Below, piece after piece: positions 47,766 to 58,156 of a stretch of DNA of 64,000 bases (positions are counted from its first letter, which is position 1; every line of letters starts with the position of its first letter). Under the pieces are notes generated by a model. It saw only the letters and a program-made list of their open reading frames with translations, had not been told where the DNA came from and did not search any database. This DNA is from Candidatus Chazhemtobacterium aquaticus. Its GTDB lineage: Bacteria > Patescibacteriota > Microgenomatia > UBA1400 > Chazhemtobacteraceae. The DNA lies in contig NZ_CP047901.1 of the NCBI RefSeq assembly GCF_009936135.1, forward strand, positions 408,984-472,983. The letters are read 5' to 3'. A program made the position numbers and the translations under genes.

Positions 47766-49304
47766 ATGGCCACTTCTTCCATTAAAACCCAACTCCGCCA
47801 ACTTCTTGTGCCAAAAACCTTTCTTCTTCTTATCTTTCTCTTCGCTCTCTACTTTCTCACTCGGCTGATTAACCTCGATGCCATCCCTGTTTTTGCCGAC
47901 GAAGCCATCTATATCCGCTGGGCCCAAATCATGAAGAACGAGCCAACCCTGCGTTTCTTGCCTCTCTCTGACGGCAAACAGCCTCTCTTTATGTGGCTAA
48001 TCATTCCCTTTCTTAAGTTTGTCTCAGATCCAGTCATCGCCGGCCGTCTTACCTCAGTTGCCGCCGGTTTTGGTACTCTAGTTGGCTTACTCGCCTTAGT
48101 TTGGTACATCACCCGTTCCAGGTTTTCTGCTGTCTTAGCCGCCCTCCTCTATATCCTCACTCCTTATACCCTCTTTTTTGATCGCATGGCTCTAGCTGAT
48201 AGCCTGCTTGCCATGTTCTCTGTCTGGTCGGCTTTCTTTGGTATCTTGCTTATCAACCACCCTCGGTTGGACTTAAGTTTATTACTAGGTTTTGTTTTGG
48301 GAGGAGCCTTTATCACCAAGTCACCCGGTCTCTTCTTTATCCTTCTTCAGCCCACATTGTTACTCATCGTTACCACCCGCCGCAAAACCCATTTCCTAAA
48401 AATTCTAAGTGGTTGGTTTATCGCCTTCCTGCTTGGATTCGCCATCTACAACATTCTTCGCCTAGGTCCCAATTTCCACCTTATATCCTCCAGAAACCTA
48501 GACTATATCTTTCCTGTCTCTGAAGCTATCACCCACCCGCTTAATCCCTTAACCGGCAATCTTAAGGCCACCTTCTCCTGGTTTACCCTGCTTCTTACCT
48601 GGCCTGTCTTCATTCTTCTTTTACTAAGTCCCTTTGCCAATGCCAAAAAATCTCCATATATCTTTGCCCTTATCTTCTGGAGCTTGCTCCCCCTCCTGGC
48701 CCAAGCCTTTGTTGCCAAGGTCTACACCCCTCGTTATCTGCTGTACATCATCCCTCTCCTCTTAGTCGTTACCACCATCTCACTCTCAGACCTAAGCAAA
48801 CGTCTTAAGCCTCGTCTATTTTCTATTCTATTAGTCGTGGTCTTCGCCTTTCTCGGGTTTTCCTCATTCACTCTGTTAACTAATCCCACCCAAGCCAGAC
48901 TGCCTGAACGAATGCGCTCCGGTTACTTCCGCGAGTGGACTGCCGGCTACGGCCTTAAAGAAATCGCCGCATATCTTGAACAACGCTCTCAGTCCGCCAC
49001 CCTGGTTGTTGGCACTGAAGGCTACTTTGGCACTCTGCCCGATGGTCTTCAGATCTACACCGAGGGCAAGCCCAACATCACCGTTATTGGCGTTGGCCAG
49101 CCAGTCACCAAGTTACCCGAATCCCTCCTGAACTCTCTTGAAGAACACGAGGTTTACCTGCTGGTTAACAACACCCGTAATCTGCTAACTCCGATTGAGT
49201 TAACCAAGCTAGAACCCATCGCCACCTATCCTCGCCTACCTCCTCTCTCAGGTGAGGCCGAGTATCTTGAATTTTTCCGACTCCACCCTCAGCCGGTTCG
49301 TTAA
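47766..49304 (+). CDS. ArnT/PMT-family GT-C transferase
   Basis: PVFADEAIYIRW, DGKQPLFMW, FDRMALAD and PRY; multi-TM. Confidence 0.85.
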   Translation: MATSSIKTQLRQLLVPKTFLLLIFLFALYFLTRLINLDAIPVFADEAIYIRWAQIMKNEPTLRFLPLSDGKQPLFMWLIIPFLKFVSDPVIAGRLTSVAAGFGTLVGLLALVWYITRSRFSAVLAALLYILTPYTLFFDRMALADSLLAMFSVWSAFFGILLINHPRLDLSLLLGFVLGGAFITKSPGLFFILLQPTLLLIVTTRRKTHFLKILSGWFIAFLLGFAIYNILRLGPNFHLISSRNLDYIFPVSEAITHPLNPLTGNLKATFSWFTLLLTWPVFILLLLSPFANAKKSPYIFALIFWSLLPLLAQAFVAKVYTPRYLLYIIPLLLVVTTISLSDLSKRLKPRLFSILLVVVFAFLGFSSFTLLTNPTQARLPERMRSGYFREWTAGYGLKEIAAYLEQRSQSATLVVGTEGYFGTLPDGLQIYTEGKPNITVIGVGQPVTKLPESLLNSLEEHEVYLLVNNTRNLLTPIELTKLEPIATYPRLPPLSGEAEYLEFFRLHPQPVR

Positions 49305-49320
49305 TTGGTAAAAAATTTAA

Positions 49321-51006
49321 ATGTCCCTACTCAAACGCCTTAAATCCTCCCGTCTTGCTATCCTCATCCTTCTTTTCGTTATCTCCATCCCTACTTTTAT
49401 CAAAATGGCCAGACCTGGCTACTTCCCCATGCATGATGATATGCAGGCCATGCGCGTCCTCCAGCTTGATCGCTGCGTTAATGATGGTCAGCTACCTTGT
49501 CGTTGGGTCCCGGACATGGGCTATGGTTACGGCTACCCCCAGTTTATTTTCTACTCACCCCTGCCTTACTACTCCATGGAGGCCTTTCACCTGCTTGGAT
49601 TTTCTTTGCTCGACTCAGTCAAGATTGTCATGAGCCTAGGCTTTTTACTAGCTGGTATGACCATGTACCTGCTTGGCTCCTCACTCTGGGGTAGAGCAGG
49701 CGGACTTCTCTCAGCCATCCTCTATCTCTACGCGCCATATCGTGCCTCCGATCTTTACTCTCGTGGAGCGGTGGCTGAGTTTACTGCCATGGTTTTCCTA
49801 CCACTAATTTTTTACGCCATCAGGGAATTTATCAAAACCAAACAAACCAAAAACTTAATCATCCTCTCCCTTTCCTATTCCGGCTTGCTCTTAAGCCATA
49901 ACCTAACCACGTTAGCCTTTACTCCCTTGGCCGCCATCTGGGGTCTTTTCTATCTCTACCATTACCGTCGTTTTCGCCTGCTTCCCCACCTTATCTTCTC
50001 CGCTCTTTTAGGAGTTGGCCTATCCGCCTTTTTTATCCTTCCTGCTTTCTTTGAAAAACCCTTTGTTCATTTAGAGACCATGACCGTTGGCTACTTTAAC
50101 TATCTAGCTCACTTTGTTTCCCTAGGTCAGCTTTTCTTCTCCTCTTTCTGGGGCTTTGGTTCATCCGAATTAGGTCCCTACGATGATCTTGGCTTTGCTA
50201 TTGGTACTCTTCACTGGTTCTTGCTTGGTATTGCCCTCATCTTTGCCCTGCTTCGTTTTCGCCGTCAGCGCCAATACGCTCTACCGGTTTTACTGCTTGG
50301 ACTTTTCTTTATATCCTCTGTCTTCATGACTCACCAGCGTTCCGTCTTTATCTGGAACAATCTGCCCTTCTTAAAATACTTCCAGTTTCCCTGGCGCTTC
50401 CTGGTCATCGCCACTTTTGCCTCCTCTGCAGCCGGCGGTAGTCTGCTTGCTTTCACCTCTCATCTACCCACTCGCAAATGGTTACTTATCACTCTTTCTT
50501 TCTTTGTTATATTGCTTAACTTTAATTTCTTTAAGCCCCAGTCCTGGATTAACATCACTGACCAGGAAAAGTTCTCCGGCCCCTCCTGGGACAAACAAAT
50601 GACCATCAGCATTTTTGACTACCTACCCATCTTCGCTAACATGCCTCCTTCTCAACCTGCTCCCAATCAGCCAGAGTTGCTTGAAGGTGCTGCCACAGTT
50701 ACCGACTACCAAAAGGGGAGTCACTGGCAATCAGGCAATCTTGAGGTTATCTCCAACCAGGCCACCATCCGCCTACCCCTCTTCTATTACCCAGGTTTTA
50801 CTCTCACTCTTGACAACAAAACTCACCCCTTAACCTACGACAATCCATTGGGTCTTATTACCTTTACCACTCCTCAAGGCAACCACTCCTTCCATGTCAA
50901 GCTTGAATCCACCCCGATACGCCGATTCTCTGATATCCTTACTCTAGCGTCTCTAGCTTGTTTAATTATTTTCTCAATCCGTGTTTACAATCAAAAAAAG
51001 AATTAA
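49321..51006 (+). CDS. YfhO-like / PTPS-related GT-C membrane protein (paralog 1)
   Basis: MHDD, DGQLPCRW, GYGYP..FYSP, RGAVAE, SHN and QFPWRF. Confidence 0.8.
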   Translation: MSLLKRLKSSRLAILILLFVISIPTFIKMARPGYFPMHDDMQAMRVLQLDRCVNDGQLPCRWVPDMGYGYGYPQFIFYSPLPYYSMEAFHLLGFSLLDSVKIVMSLGFLLAGMTMYLLGSSLWGRAGGLLSAILYLYAPYRASDLYSRGAVAEFTAMVFLPLIFYAIREFIKTKQTKNLIILSLSYSGLLLSHNLTTLAFTPLAAIWGLFYLYHYRRFRLLPHLIFSALLGVGLSAFFILPAFFEKPFVHLETMTVGYFNYLAHFVSLGQLFFSSFWGFGSSELGPYDDLGFAIGTLHWFLLGIALIFALLRFRRQRQYALPVLLLGLFFISSVFMTHQRSVFIWNNLPFLKYFQFPWRFLVIATFASSAAGGSLLAFTSHLPTRKWLLITLSFFVILLNFNFFKPQSWINITDQEKFSGPSWDKQMTISIFDYLPIFANMPPSQPAPNQPELLEGAATVTDYQKGSHWQSGNLEVISNQATIRLPLFYYPGFTLTLDNKTHPLTYDNPLGLITFTTPQGNHSFHVKLESTPIRRFSDILTLASLACLIIFSIRVYNQKKN

Positions 51007-52690
51007 AATCACTCCCTTCCGGCTTGGGTTACTTCTCACTATTCTAATTGCCTTATTAGCCAGTCTGCCTCTCTTTAAGTCTGGCTACTTCACCATGCAC
51101 GATGATGTTCAGGTCATGCGCCTTTACCAGATGGAACGCTGTTTCCAGGATGGCCAAATCCCCTGTCGCTGGGTGCCTGACATGGGCGGCAACTACGGCC
51201 ACCCCCTCTACAATTACCACCCCGTTTTTGCCTATTACCTTGGTACTTTCTTTCGCATCTTCGGTTTTTCTTTTATAGCCATCTCCAAAATCCTCTTCCT
51301 ATTAACCTTTCTGCTTCCCGCCATTTTCATCTACCTTCTCGTTAACGCCTTCTTAGGTGTCCCAGCGGCTCTTTCAGCAGCTGCCTTCTTCACCTTTGCT
51401 CCTTACCACTCTCTTGATGTCTATGTCCGTGGTGCCATGACCGAGTCCTGGGGTATCGTCTTTTTCCCGGCCATCTTCCTCTCCCTCTATCGTTTATCCC
51501 AAAAACCTAAAAAACCTCTCTACTTTATCCTCTCTACCTTAAGCCTTACCGGTCTTTTCCTGGCTCACAACATCATGACTCTACTTTTCACCCCCATTGC
51601 CCTTATCTGGGGTCTTTACTGGTTTATTTCCAACGGTAACTTAAAACACCTGCTTCGTCTTATATCCACTTTTGCTCTAGCCGTTGGTCTCTCTGCCTTT
51701 TTCCTGCTTCCCGCTTTCTTTGAACGCCCTTTAGTCAAGATCGATACTCTGACTACTGATTACTACAACTTCCGCCACCACTTTGCCTCTCTCCGCCAGC
51801 TCTTTCTTGATCGCAGCTGGGGTTACGGTCCTTCCCGTCCTGGCCCTGAAGACCAACTCTCCTTCCAGCTAGGTTGGCCGCACTGGTGGCTCTCTGTTGC
51901 CGGTCTTTTTGCCTCACTTATTTTGTTTATTAAAAAGCGTTCCTCAGTCCTAACCAGATTAGCTCTCTTTGCCTCCCTGCTGTACATGGCTTCTGTCTTT
52001 ATGACCCACGCCAAATCAGTCTACCTCTGGGAACTAGTTCCCTTACTTTCCTTCGTCCAGTTCCCCTGGCGCTTTTTAGGTATTGCTATGTTTGCCGGAG
52101 CCCTTCTTTTCGCCCTTCTCTTTGCCCTTATACCCTCTCGTCTCCGTTGGCCTATCTCTCTGCTTCTCTCCGTCGTCATAGTCGCTTTAAACTTTAGCTA
52201 CTTTACCCCCGAAAAGCACTTCCCCAATATGACCGATCAACTCAAACTCTCAGGTGAGGAGTATCGCATCCAGTCACTCGCCACCATCCTTGACTACATC
52301 CCCACCCAGGTCAAAGAGCATCCAAACACCCTAGCTCCTGCCCTACCTTGGGTAGTTGAGGGCGAGGCAGACATTAGCCAGTTCCGCAAACGTTCCAACT
52401 TCTGGCGTTTTACCGTCAACAACTCCAGCAATCAACCAGCTGTTGTCAGAGTCCCCGTCTTTGATTTTCCTCACTGGATCGTCTTACTTGATCAACAGCC
52501 CATTGAGTTTCATTCTAATAATCCTGGGGGAGTCATTGAGTTCACCATTCCTCCTGGTCAGTACACCGCCGTTGGTCGCTTCACCAACACGCCTTTAAGA
52601 TCGGCTGCCAATTTAATCACTCTCTCAAGCTTTGCCATCCTCCTTATCTTCACCATTCACACCGCCAAGAAGCATGAAAACAAAAAATAA
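50981..52690 (+). CDS. YfhO-like / PTPS-related GT-C membrane protein (paralog 2)
   Basis: MHDD, DGQIPCRW, RGAMTE, AHN and QFPWRF. Confidence 0.8.
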   Translation: MFTIKKRIKITPFRLGLLLTILIALLASLPLFKSGYFTMHDDVQVMRLYQMERCFQDGQIPCRWVPDMGGNYGHPLYNYHPVFAYYLGTFFRIFGFSFIAISKILFLLTFLLPAIFIYLLVNAFLGVPAALSAAAFFTFAPYHSLDVYVRGAMTESWGIVFFPAIFLSLYRLSQKPKKPLYFILSTLSLTGLFLAHNIMTLLFTPIALIWGLYWFISNGNLKHLLRLISTFALAVGLSAFFLLPAFFERPLVKIDTLTTDYYNFRHHFASLRQLFLDRSWGYGPSRPGPEDQLSFQLGWPHWWLSVAGLFASLILFIKKRSSVLTRLALFASLLYMASVFMTHAKSVYLWELVPLLSFVQFPWRFLGIAMFAGALLFALLFALIPSRLRWPISLLLSVVIVALNFSYFTPEKHFPNMTDQLKLSGEEYRIQSLATILDYIPTQVKEHPNTLAPALPWVVEGEADISQFRKRSNFWRFTVNNSSNQPAVVRVPVFDFPHWIVLLDQQPIEFHSNNPGGVIEFTIPPGQYTAVGRFTNTPLRSAANLITLSSFAILLIFTIHTAKKHENKK

Positions 52691-54374
52691 CTGGCTGCTG
52701 TTTCTTCTCCTCACTATTCTCTTTACTCTGCCTGCCGTCTTTTCTCTTCTCTATCACCCCTTTTTCACCTTTCACGACGAGACACAGATCGTTAACATGC
52801 ACCAGTTTTTCAAGACTTTAGATTTAGGTCAGTTTCCGCCTCGTTGGGGTTTAGATTTCCACTTCAACTACGGCTCACCCTTTCCCGCTTTTTACTACCA
52901 GCTCCCATATTTCTTAGGCTACCCCTTCCATCTGGCTGGTTTCTCTTTGGTTGCTACCTTCAAGATACTTTTAATCCTCGGCTTCTTTGTTGCTGCCTTG
53001 GGTGTCTATTTCTTGGGTCTCCAGCTCACCACTCCTTTCTTAAGCCTGGTCGCCGCCGTCATCTATACATATACCCCCTACCGGGCAGTCGCCAGTTTTG
53101 TCAGAGGTTCACTAGGGGAGTCGTTTGCCCTAGCTCTCTTCCCCTGGGTCTTTTTGTTTACTTTAAGACTTTTCCAAAAACCCAACTTAAAACGAGCTGT
53201 CCTAGCCGGTCTCTCTTGGTCTGCCTTGATTCTGACTCATCAGCTGGCTACCGTCTTCTTCATTCCTCTCCTACTTGGTTTAAGTTTGTTTCTCTTGATC
53301 TCCAACCGTCGCCTCTTCTTCCCACTTATCACCACCAATCTGATTGCTCTCTCCACCTCTGCCTTTTATCTCCTCCCCCTGCTGGTTGATCGTTCTCTTA
53401 TCAAACCATCCAGTCCCTTTAACTTCTATGATCACTTTCCATTTCTAAAGCAGCTCATCTACTCTCCCTGGGGCTACCGTGCCTCGGTTTGGGGCATTGA
53501 TGATGGTCTTTCATTCCAGCTTGGTTTAGTTCCTCTCCTCATCCTTGTCTTTGTATATATCCTCACCATGTTAAAAATTAGGCGATACCAAGACAAACTC
53601 AATCGCAATATTTTCCTCTATCTGCTTTTAGCCTTCCCTGCCACTATTGCCTTAATGAACATCCGCACCTCTTTTTTCTGGGATGTCTTTCCCTTCACTC
53701 AGTTAGTTCAGTTCCCTTGGCGTTTGTTAATGATTACCACCTTCTTGGTCCCAGTCATCTTTCTTTTGACGACTCCTTTAATTCCCAAAAAACTATTCCT
53801 ACCTCTAGGCCTATTCTTGCTAGTAGCCTCTCCTCTCTCCACCATTCGCTTTTTCCAACCCGGAGAGATCTATGATCGGGATGACAACTACTATCTCCAC
53901 CGCTATCTTCCCAACCAAGCCCAAGGAGATGAGTATGAGGTCTCCTCGGCATACCTTGAACATACCGAGGATTACGTCTCCCTGCCTCTTACCGCCACCA
54001 GACCGACCAGTCTACCTGATCAGCTCTTAACCGCCAAGGATCCAGATACTCGCATTAACATCCTTGATGACAATCCTTTCCACACCCGCTTCCAGGTCTA
54101 TCCCTCCAATCAAGATACCTTAACCCTTCATCGTTTCGCCTATCCCAACTGGCACGTATATCTAGATGACCAATCAGTTAAGTACAATGTAGACGACCTT
54201 GGTCTCATCACTTTTGATGTTCCTTCTGGTTCTCACTTTGTCACTCTCAAGTTTGAAAAAACTCCTCTTCAGCAGTTATCTGATCTAGTTACCCTTGTTG
54301 GTCTGTCTGTCTCCTTTCTTCTCCTCTTTCTACCTGTGTCCAAGAAACAAACAAAATCAAGAACTAAGTCTTAA
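52674..54374 (+). CDS. YfhO-like / PTPS-related GT-C membrane protein (paralog 3)
   Basis: FHDE, GQFPPRW, RGSLGE and QFPWRL. Start moved to MKTKNN. Confidence 0.8.
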   Translation: MKTKNNWLLFLLLTILFTLPAVFSLLYHPFFTFHDETQIVNMHQFFKTLDLGQFPPRWGLDFHFNYGSPFPAFYYQLPYFLGYPFHLAGFSLVATFKILLILGFFVAALGVYFLGLQLTTPFLSLVAAVIYTYTPYRAVASFVRGSLGESFALALFPWVFLFTLRLFQKPNLKRAVLAGLSWSALILTHQLATVFFIPLLLGLSLFLLISNRRLFFPLITTNLIALSTSAFYLLPLLVDRSLIKPSSPFNFYDHFPFLKQLIYSPWGYRASVWGIDDGLSFQLGLVPLLILVFVYILTMLKIRRYQDKLNRNIFLYLLLAFPATIALMNIRTSFFWDVFPFTQLVQFPWRLLMITTFLVPVIFLLTTPLIPKKLFLPLGLFLLVASPLSTIRFFQPGEIYDRDDNYYLHRYLPNQAQGDEYEVSSAYLEHTEDYVSLPLTATRPTSLPDQLLTAKDPDTRINILDDNPFHTRFQVYPSNQDTLTLHRFAYPNWHVYLDDQSVKYNVDDLGLITFDVPSGSHFVTLKFEKTPLQQLSDLVTLVGLSVSFLLLFLPVSKKQTKSRTKS

Positions 54375-54388
54375 GCCCCTATTACCAC

Positions 54389-55624
54389 TTACTCAGTAAC
54401 CGTCACTGTCATTGCCAAACAGTGAGGTAAGCTTTTTAGTGGCTCCATGATCACACTGCGATTAATCAAATACAGGTCGTTTCTTTCCTGTCGCCCCTCT
54501 CTAAAACATCGATTAAAAGTTTCAGCGTACAGTTTTGCTAGATCCTGATTCGGACTTTCATATATCTCAAGTTCAAATATGGTTTGTCGCAATACCATCA
54601 ATTTATCCATTAGACTTGCTCCATACAAATCTTTTGATAGAGACATTAGCACTTCTTTTTCGATAACTAGAGCTTCTTTTTCTGCCTCAAACTTACCTCC
54701 TTTCATCCAATCAACTCCACCACTAAACCGTTTTAGCAGTGATACTACATGGCTCAACTCATGAATCAGTGACACAATCTGGTGCCTTATATTCCTCTTT
54801 CCATCGAGACTAATCTCAAATTGATCTCTCTCCTTAACATATCTCATCCAAGCACCATCACCACTGTTAAATTTAATCTCAACTCTGTTTCTATTTTGTT
54901 CAATCTCTTCATATTTATCAGCAAAGTAATCCACTGTCTGTTCTAGAGAGTCAAGAGGAAAATCATTTAATCTGCAGATCAAGCAGGGATGATTAAAGTT
55001 GCCATAAAACCAATCGGGTAAATTATTGATTGTCGGCAACCTATCACTGTACCCCTTAATTATCTTCTCAATGTTTTCCATAAAGTAGTGATAGTCATCC
55101 TTTGTCGCCCCAATACTCGTTAATCGAAAATCAACATAACTTAATCTATTTACTATTTTAACCAATCGAACCCGTGCATCTATCAAATTTACAAAGTTCT
55201 CCTTCATTTCAGTAACCGGTAAGTTCAACTTTTCCCATCTTTTTTCCCTATCCTCATATTTACCTGAAAACAACTGATCATACTTTTGAGGATCCAAAAT
55301 TAAATCACCCAAACCCTTAATCGAAAAATAGCTAGCCACAGATTTTGCGACCTCTTGGTGCAGCTTCCTATATTTACCCTGTTTGTTTATGTAATCAAGG
55401 CTGTATTGATTTAAGTTCTTTTCTAATTCCTCTCGTATCCAACCCGTCATGTACACTTCTTTTTTCATAACAGGTTCTTCCTCAAAGCCAAAGTATCTCT
55501 GTCGTGCGTCTTTAGCCGATTGAGTGATCATTGCCTTTAACTCGTCCTCATCAAACGATCTGTCCCACAGCCTAAACTTTCTCAAAAACTCCTGATATAT
55601 CTCATTACTTGCATCCATATTCAT
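54389..55624 (-). CDS. HExxH putative zinc metallopeptidase (M3/gluzincin-like)
   Basis: LIHELSH with downstream EAEKEA; helical C-terminus. Confidence 0.6.
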   Translation of the reverse strand: MNMDASNEIYQEFLRKFRLWDRSFDEDELKAMITQSAKDARQRYFGFEEEPVMKKEVYMTGWIREELEKNLNQYSLDYINKQGKYRKLHQEVAKSVASYFSIKGLGDLILDPQKYDQLFSGKYEDREKRWEKLNLPVTEMKENFVNLIDARVRLVKIVNRLSYVDFRLTSIGATKDDYHYFMENIEKIIKGYSDRLPTINNLPDWFYGNFNHPCLICRLNDFPLDSLEQTVDYFADKYEEIEQNRNRVEIKFNSGDGAWMRYVKERDQFEISLDGKRNIRHQIVSLIHELSHVVSLLKRFSGGVDWMKGGKFEAEKEALVIEKEVLMSLSKDLYGASLMDKLMVLRQTIFELEIYESPNQDLAKLYAETFNRCFREGRQERNDLYLINRSVIMEPLKSLPHCLAMTVTVTE

Positions 55625-55644
55625 ATCCTACAACTTAAAAGTGT

Positions 55645-55677
55645 AAAGGGAGACAAACGGCTGTCTGCCTCCCCTTT
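55645..55677 (-). terminator. Terminator-like hairpin after the mini-gene
   Basis: On the minus strand GGGAGGCAGAC-AGCC-GTTTGTCTCCC-TTT. Confidence 0.6.
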
Positions 55678-55711
55678 GTATGTTCAGTCTGGCCTTGTTT
55701 GTTTTACTTGA

Positions 55712-55939
55712 TCACTTCTTCGGTGCTGGCGGATCGGGCGGTGGAGGTGGCACCAAATTTGAGTCTTGTGGGCAGCCCCCACTCGACCCCCGGCTGTAAT
55801 CACCCTCCGTCCGCTGATTTTCGCTGATTACGTCTGCTGGGGACTTGTGCAATCCTCCGCTGTTATCGACGTAATACTTCGTACCTCCGATTTCTACGTA
55901 CGTCATCCCTGTTTTGGGGTCACGCTTCTCGTCGGGCAT
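55712..55939 (-). CDS. 75-aa orphan with poly-Pro tail
   Basis: AAGGGAGG SD, upstream TATAAT and own terminator. Confidence 0.65.
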   Translation of the reverse strand: MPDEKRDPKTGMTYVEIGGTKYYVDNSGGLHKSPADVISENQRTEGDYSRGSSGGCPQDSNLVPPPPPDPPAPKK

Positions 55940-56048
55940 GTTACGCCTCCCTTTTCTAGTGTGCCAAACTGAACATCTATAATATAGATTATAGGTTCAA
56001 AAGAATCAACTTTATTCAAAAAATTATGTCTATCTCCACCAAAATTCG

Positions 56049-56609
56049 TCAAATTCTCTCGTTTTGCCTCTTCCCCACCATCACCATTCCGATACTACTG
56101 ATTAGAGCAAAGGCAGTTGCTGACATACTCACAATGGTTACATATCCGTAGCGTAATACAAACTGTTGTGTACACGAAGCCGAGTAGCCCGAAACAGAAC
56201 ACGGCACTATCTCCACTCCGGACACCTGAACATAGTAGTGGTACAAAGCAATGATCAAACCCATCAGACTCATTACCAGCATGTAGGGCAAGATGTTCTT
56301 ATCTTTTTTAAGGATTGCTAGACCCAAAATCAAAACCAATGGGTACATTAATATTCGCTGATACCAGCACAAGACGCATGGATCATATTTCGCCACCTCT
56401 GAGAAAAACAGACTTCCCGTCGTCGCTATTACTGCCATCAACCAAGCCAGTATCAATCCATTTTCTTCGATCCACCGATACACTAGTTCTGCCCCACCAA
56501 TCTTGACCCCTTTTCTTCTAAGTAACCAACCCAACCAACCCACTATTAACAATACGTCCACCAAAATTGTTCCTTGAGTTAGCGTTTCGGTTACTTCTTC
56601 AATCAACAT
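56049..56609 (-). CDS. dsbB: Disulfide bond formation protein (DsbB/BdbC family)
   Basis: GSLFFSE..PCVLCWYQRI.MYP and a second Cys pair. Confidence 0.92.
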   Translation of the reverse strand: MLIEEVTETLTQGTILVDVLLIVGWLGWLLRRKGVKIGGAELVYRWIEENGLILAWLMAVIATTGSLFFSEVAKYDPCVLCWYQRILMYPLVLILGLAILKKDKNILPYMLVMSLMGLIIALYHYYVQVSGVEIVPCSVSGYSASCTQQFVLRYGYVTIVSMSATAFALISSIGMVMVGKRQNERI

Positions 56610-56671
56610 CCTTCATATTTTACCTCATCACTTTTATCCTCATTTGGTCAAGAAACTGATAGAATCAAACC

Positions 56672-58156
56672 ATGTCCGAAAGCCAACCAGTGGAGCTTGA
56701 CCCCGGCACACCCGAAATCGATCTCCATCAGGTCAAGACCCGTTCTATCTCCGGTGTTCTCGCTCTCACCTCCAGAACTTTCTTAGTTCAGGTCATTTCT
56801 TTTATAGCCACTTTCTTTCTTACAGTCTTTCTCTCGCCCCAAGACTACGGCACTTTTTTCCTAGTCTCCGCTGTTGTCAACTTTCTTACCTACTTCTCTG
56901 ACATTGGTCTGGCTGCTGCCTTAATTCAAAAAAAGGACAAACTCACTCGTCAAGATTTAACCACCACCTTCACCATCCAGCAGTTCTTGGTTCTCTTACT
57001 TCTCTTTCTTCTTTTTGCCAACACCGGGTTTATTAGATCTCAATACCAGCTCTCCTCAGCCGCTATTTATCTCATGTGGGCCTTAGGCCTGTCTCTCTTT
57101 CTCTCCTCCCTTAAAACCATCCCCTCCATTCTCCTAGAACGCGATCTTCAATTTAACAAACTGGTTATACCTCAGATTTTAGAGAACCTTGTTTTTAATC
57201 TCTCCGCCGTTTATTTCGCCTGGAAAGGCTGGGGGATCAACACCTTCACTTTTGCCGTTCTAGCTCGTGGATTTACTGGCCTTATCGCCATTTACATTAT
57301 CTCTCCCTGGAAACCGGGCTTAGGTCTAAATCGTCACTCTCTTAAAAAACTACTCAACTTCGGCCTTCCCTACCAAGCCAACACTTTCCTGGCAGTCATC
57401 AAGGATGATGGTATGACACTTTTCTTAGGCAAACTGATTGGTCAAACTGGTTTGGGTTACATCGGCTGGGCCTCTCGCTGGGCCAACATGCCCCTACGCT
57501 TCTTCATGGACAACATCACCAAGGTCGCTTTCCCCGCTTATGCCAGGGTTCAACATGACCCCCAGGTGCTTAAAAAAGGTATAGAGAAAACTATCTTCTA
57601 TCTCGCCCTGGTTTCCTTCCCTGCCTTTGTTGGCATGGCCGTTTTAGCTCTTCCTTTAGTCAACACCATTCCCCGCTATCAAAAATGGCTACCTGCCTTA
57701 ATCCCTCTCTATCTCTATCTCTTTAATGCCGCCTGGGCTACTATCTCCACCCCTTTAACCAATGCCCTTAATGCCATTGGCAAAATCAAAATCACCTTTA
57801 AATTAATGATCATGTGGACAGTTCTCACCTGGGCCCTCATGCCTTACCTAGCTGTTAAGTTAGGTTTCGTTGGTGTCTCTCTGGCTGCCGCCATTATCGC
57901 CACTAGCTCCATCATCGTCATGTATGTCATCTATCGCTTGGTCAAAGTCAACTTTATCCAATCCTTGCTTGCTCCCACCTTGGCTAGTTTCTTCATGGGC
58001 TCAGCCCTGCTTGTGATCACTCCATACCTCACCTCCCTGCCTCGCATCATTGTCACTATCTTTGCTGGAGCCTTCATTTACTTCGTCTCCCTCTACCTTC
58101 TTCAGGGTAAGCAACTCTTTCTTGATCTCAAGAATCTTATTAAACCCAACCGATGA
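56672..58156 (+). CDS. wzx: Wzx/MOP polysaccharide flippase
   Basis: LSPQDYG, SDIGLAAALIQ, LERDLQF and FPAYAR; about 12-14 TM. Confidence 0.9.
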   Translation: MSESQPVELDPGTPEIDLHQVKTRSISGVLALTSRTFLVQVISFIATFFLTVFLSPQDYGTFFLVSAVVNFLTYFSDIGLAAALIQKKDKLTRQDLTTTFTIQQFLVLLLLFLLFANTGFIRSQYQLSSAAIYLMWALGLSLFLSSLKTIPSILLERDLQFNKLVIPQILENLVFNLSAVYFAWKGWGINTFTFAVLARGFTGLIAIYIISPWKPGLGLNRHSLKKLLNFGLPYQANTFLAVIKDDGMTLFLGKLIGQTGLGYIGWASRWANMPLRFFMDNITKVAFPAYARVQHDPQVLKKGIEKTIFYLALVSFPAFVGMAVLALPLVNTIPRYQKWLPALIPLYLYLFNAAWATISTPLTNALNAIGKIKITFKLMIMWTVLTWALMPYLAVKLGFVGVSLAAAIIATSSIIVMYVIYRLVKVNFIQSLLAPTLASFFMGSALLVITPYLTSLPRIIVTIFAGAFIYFVSLYLLQGKQLFLDLKNLIKPNR

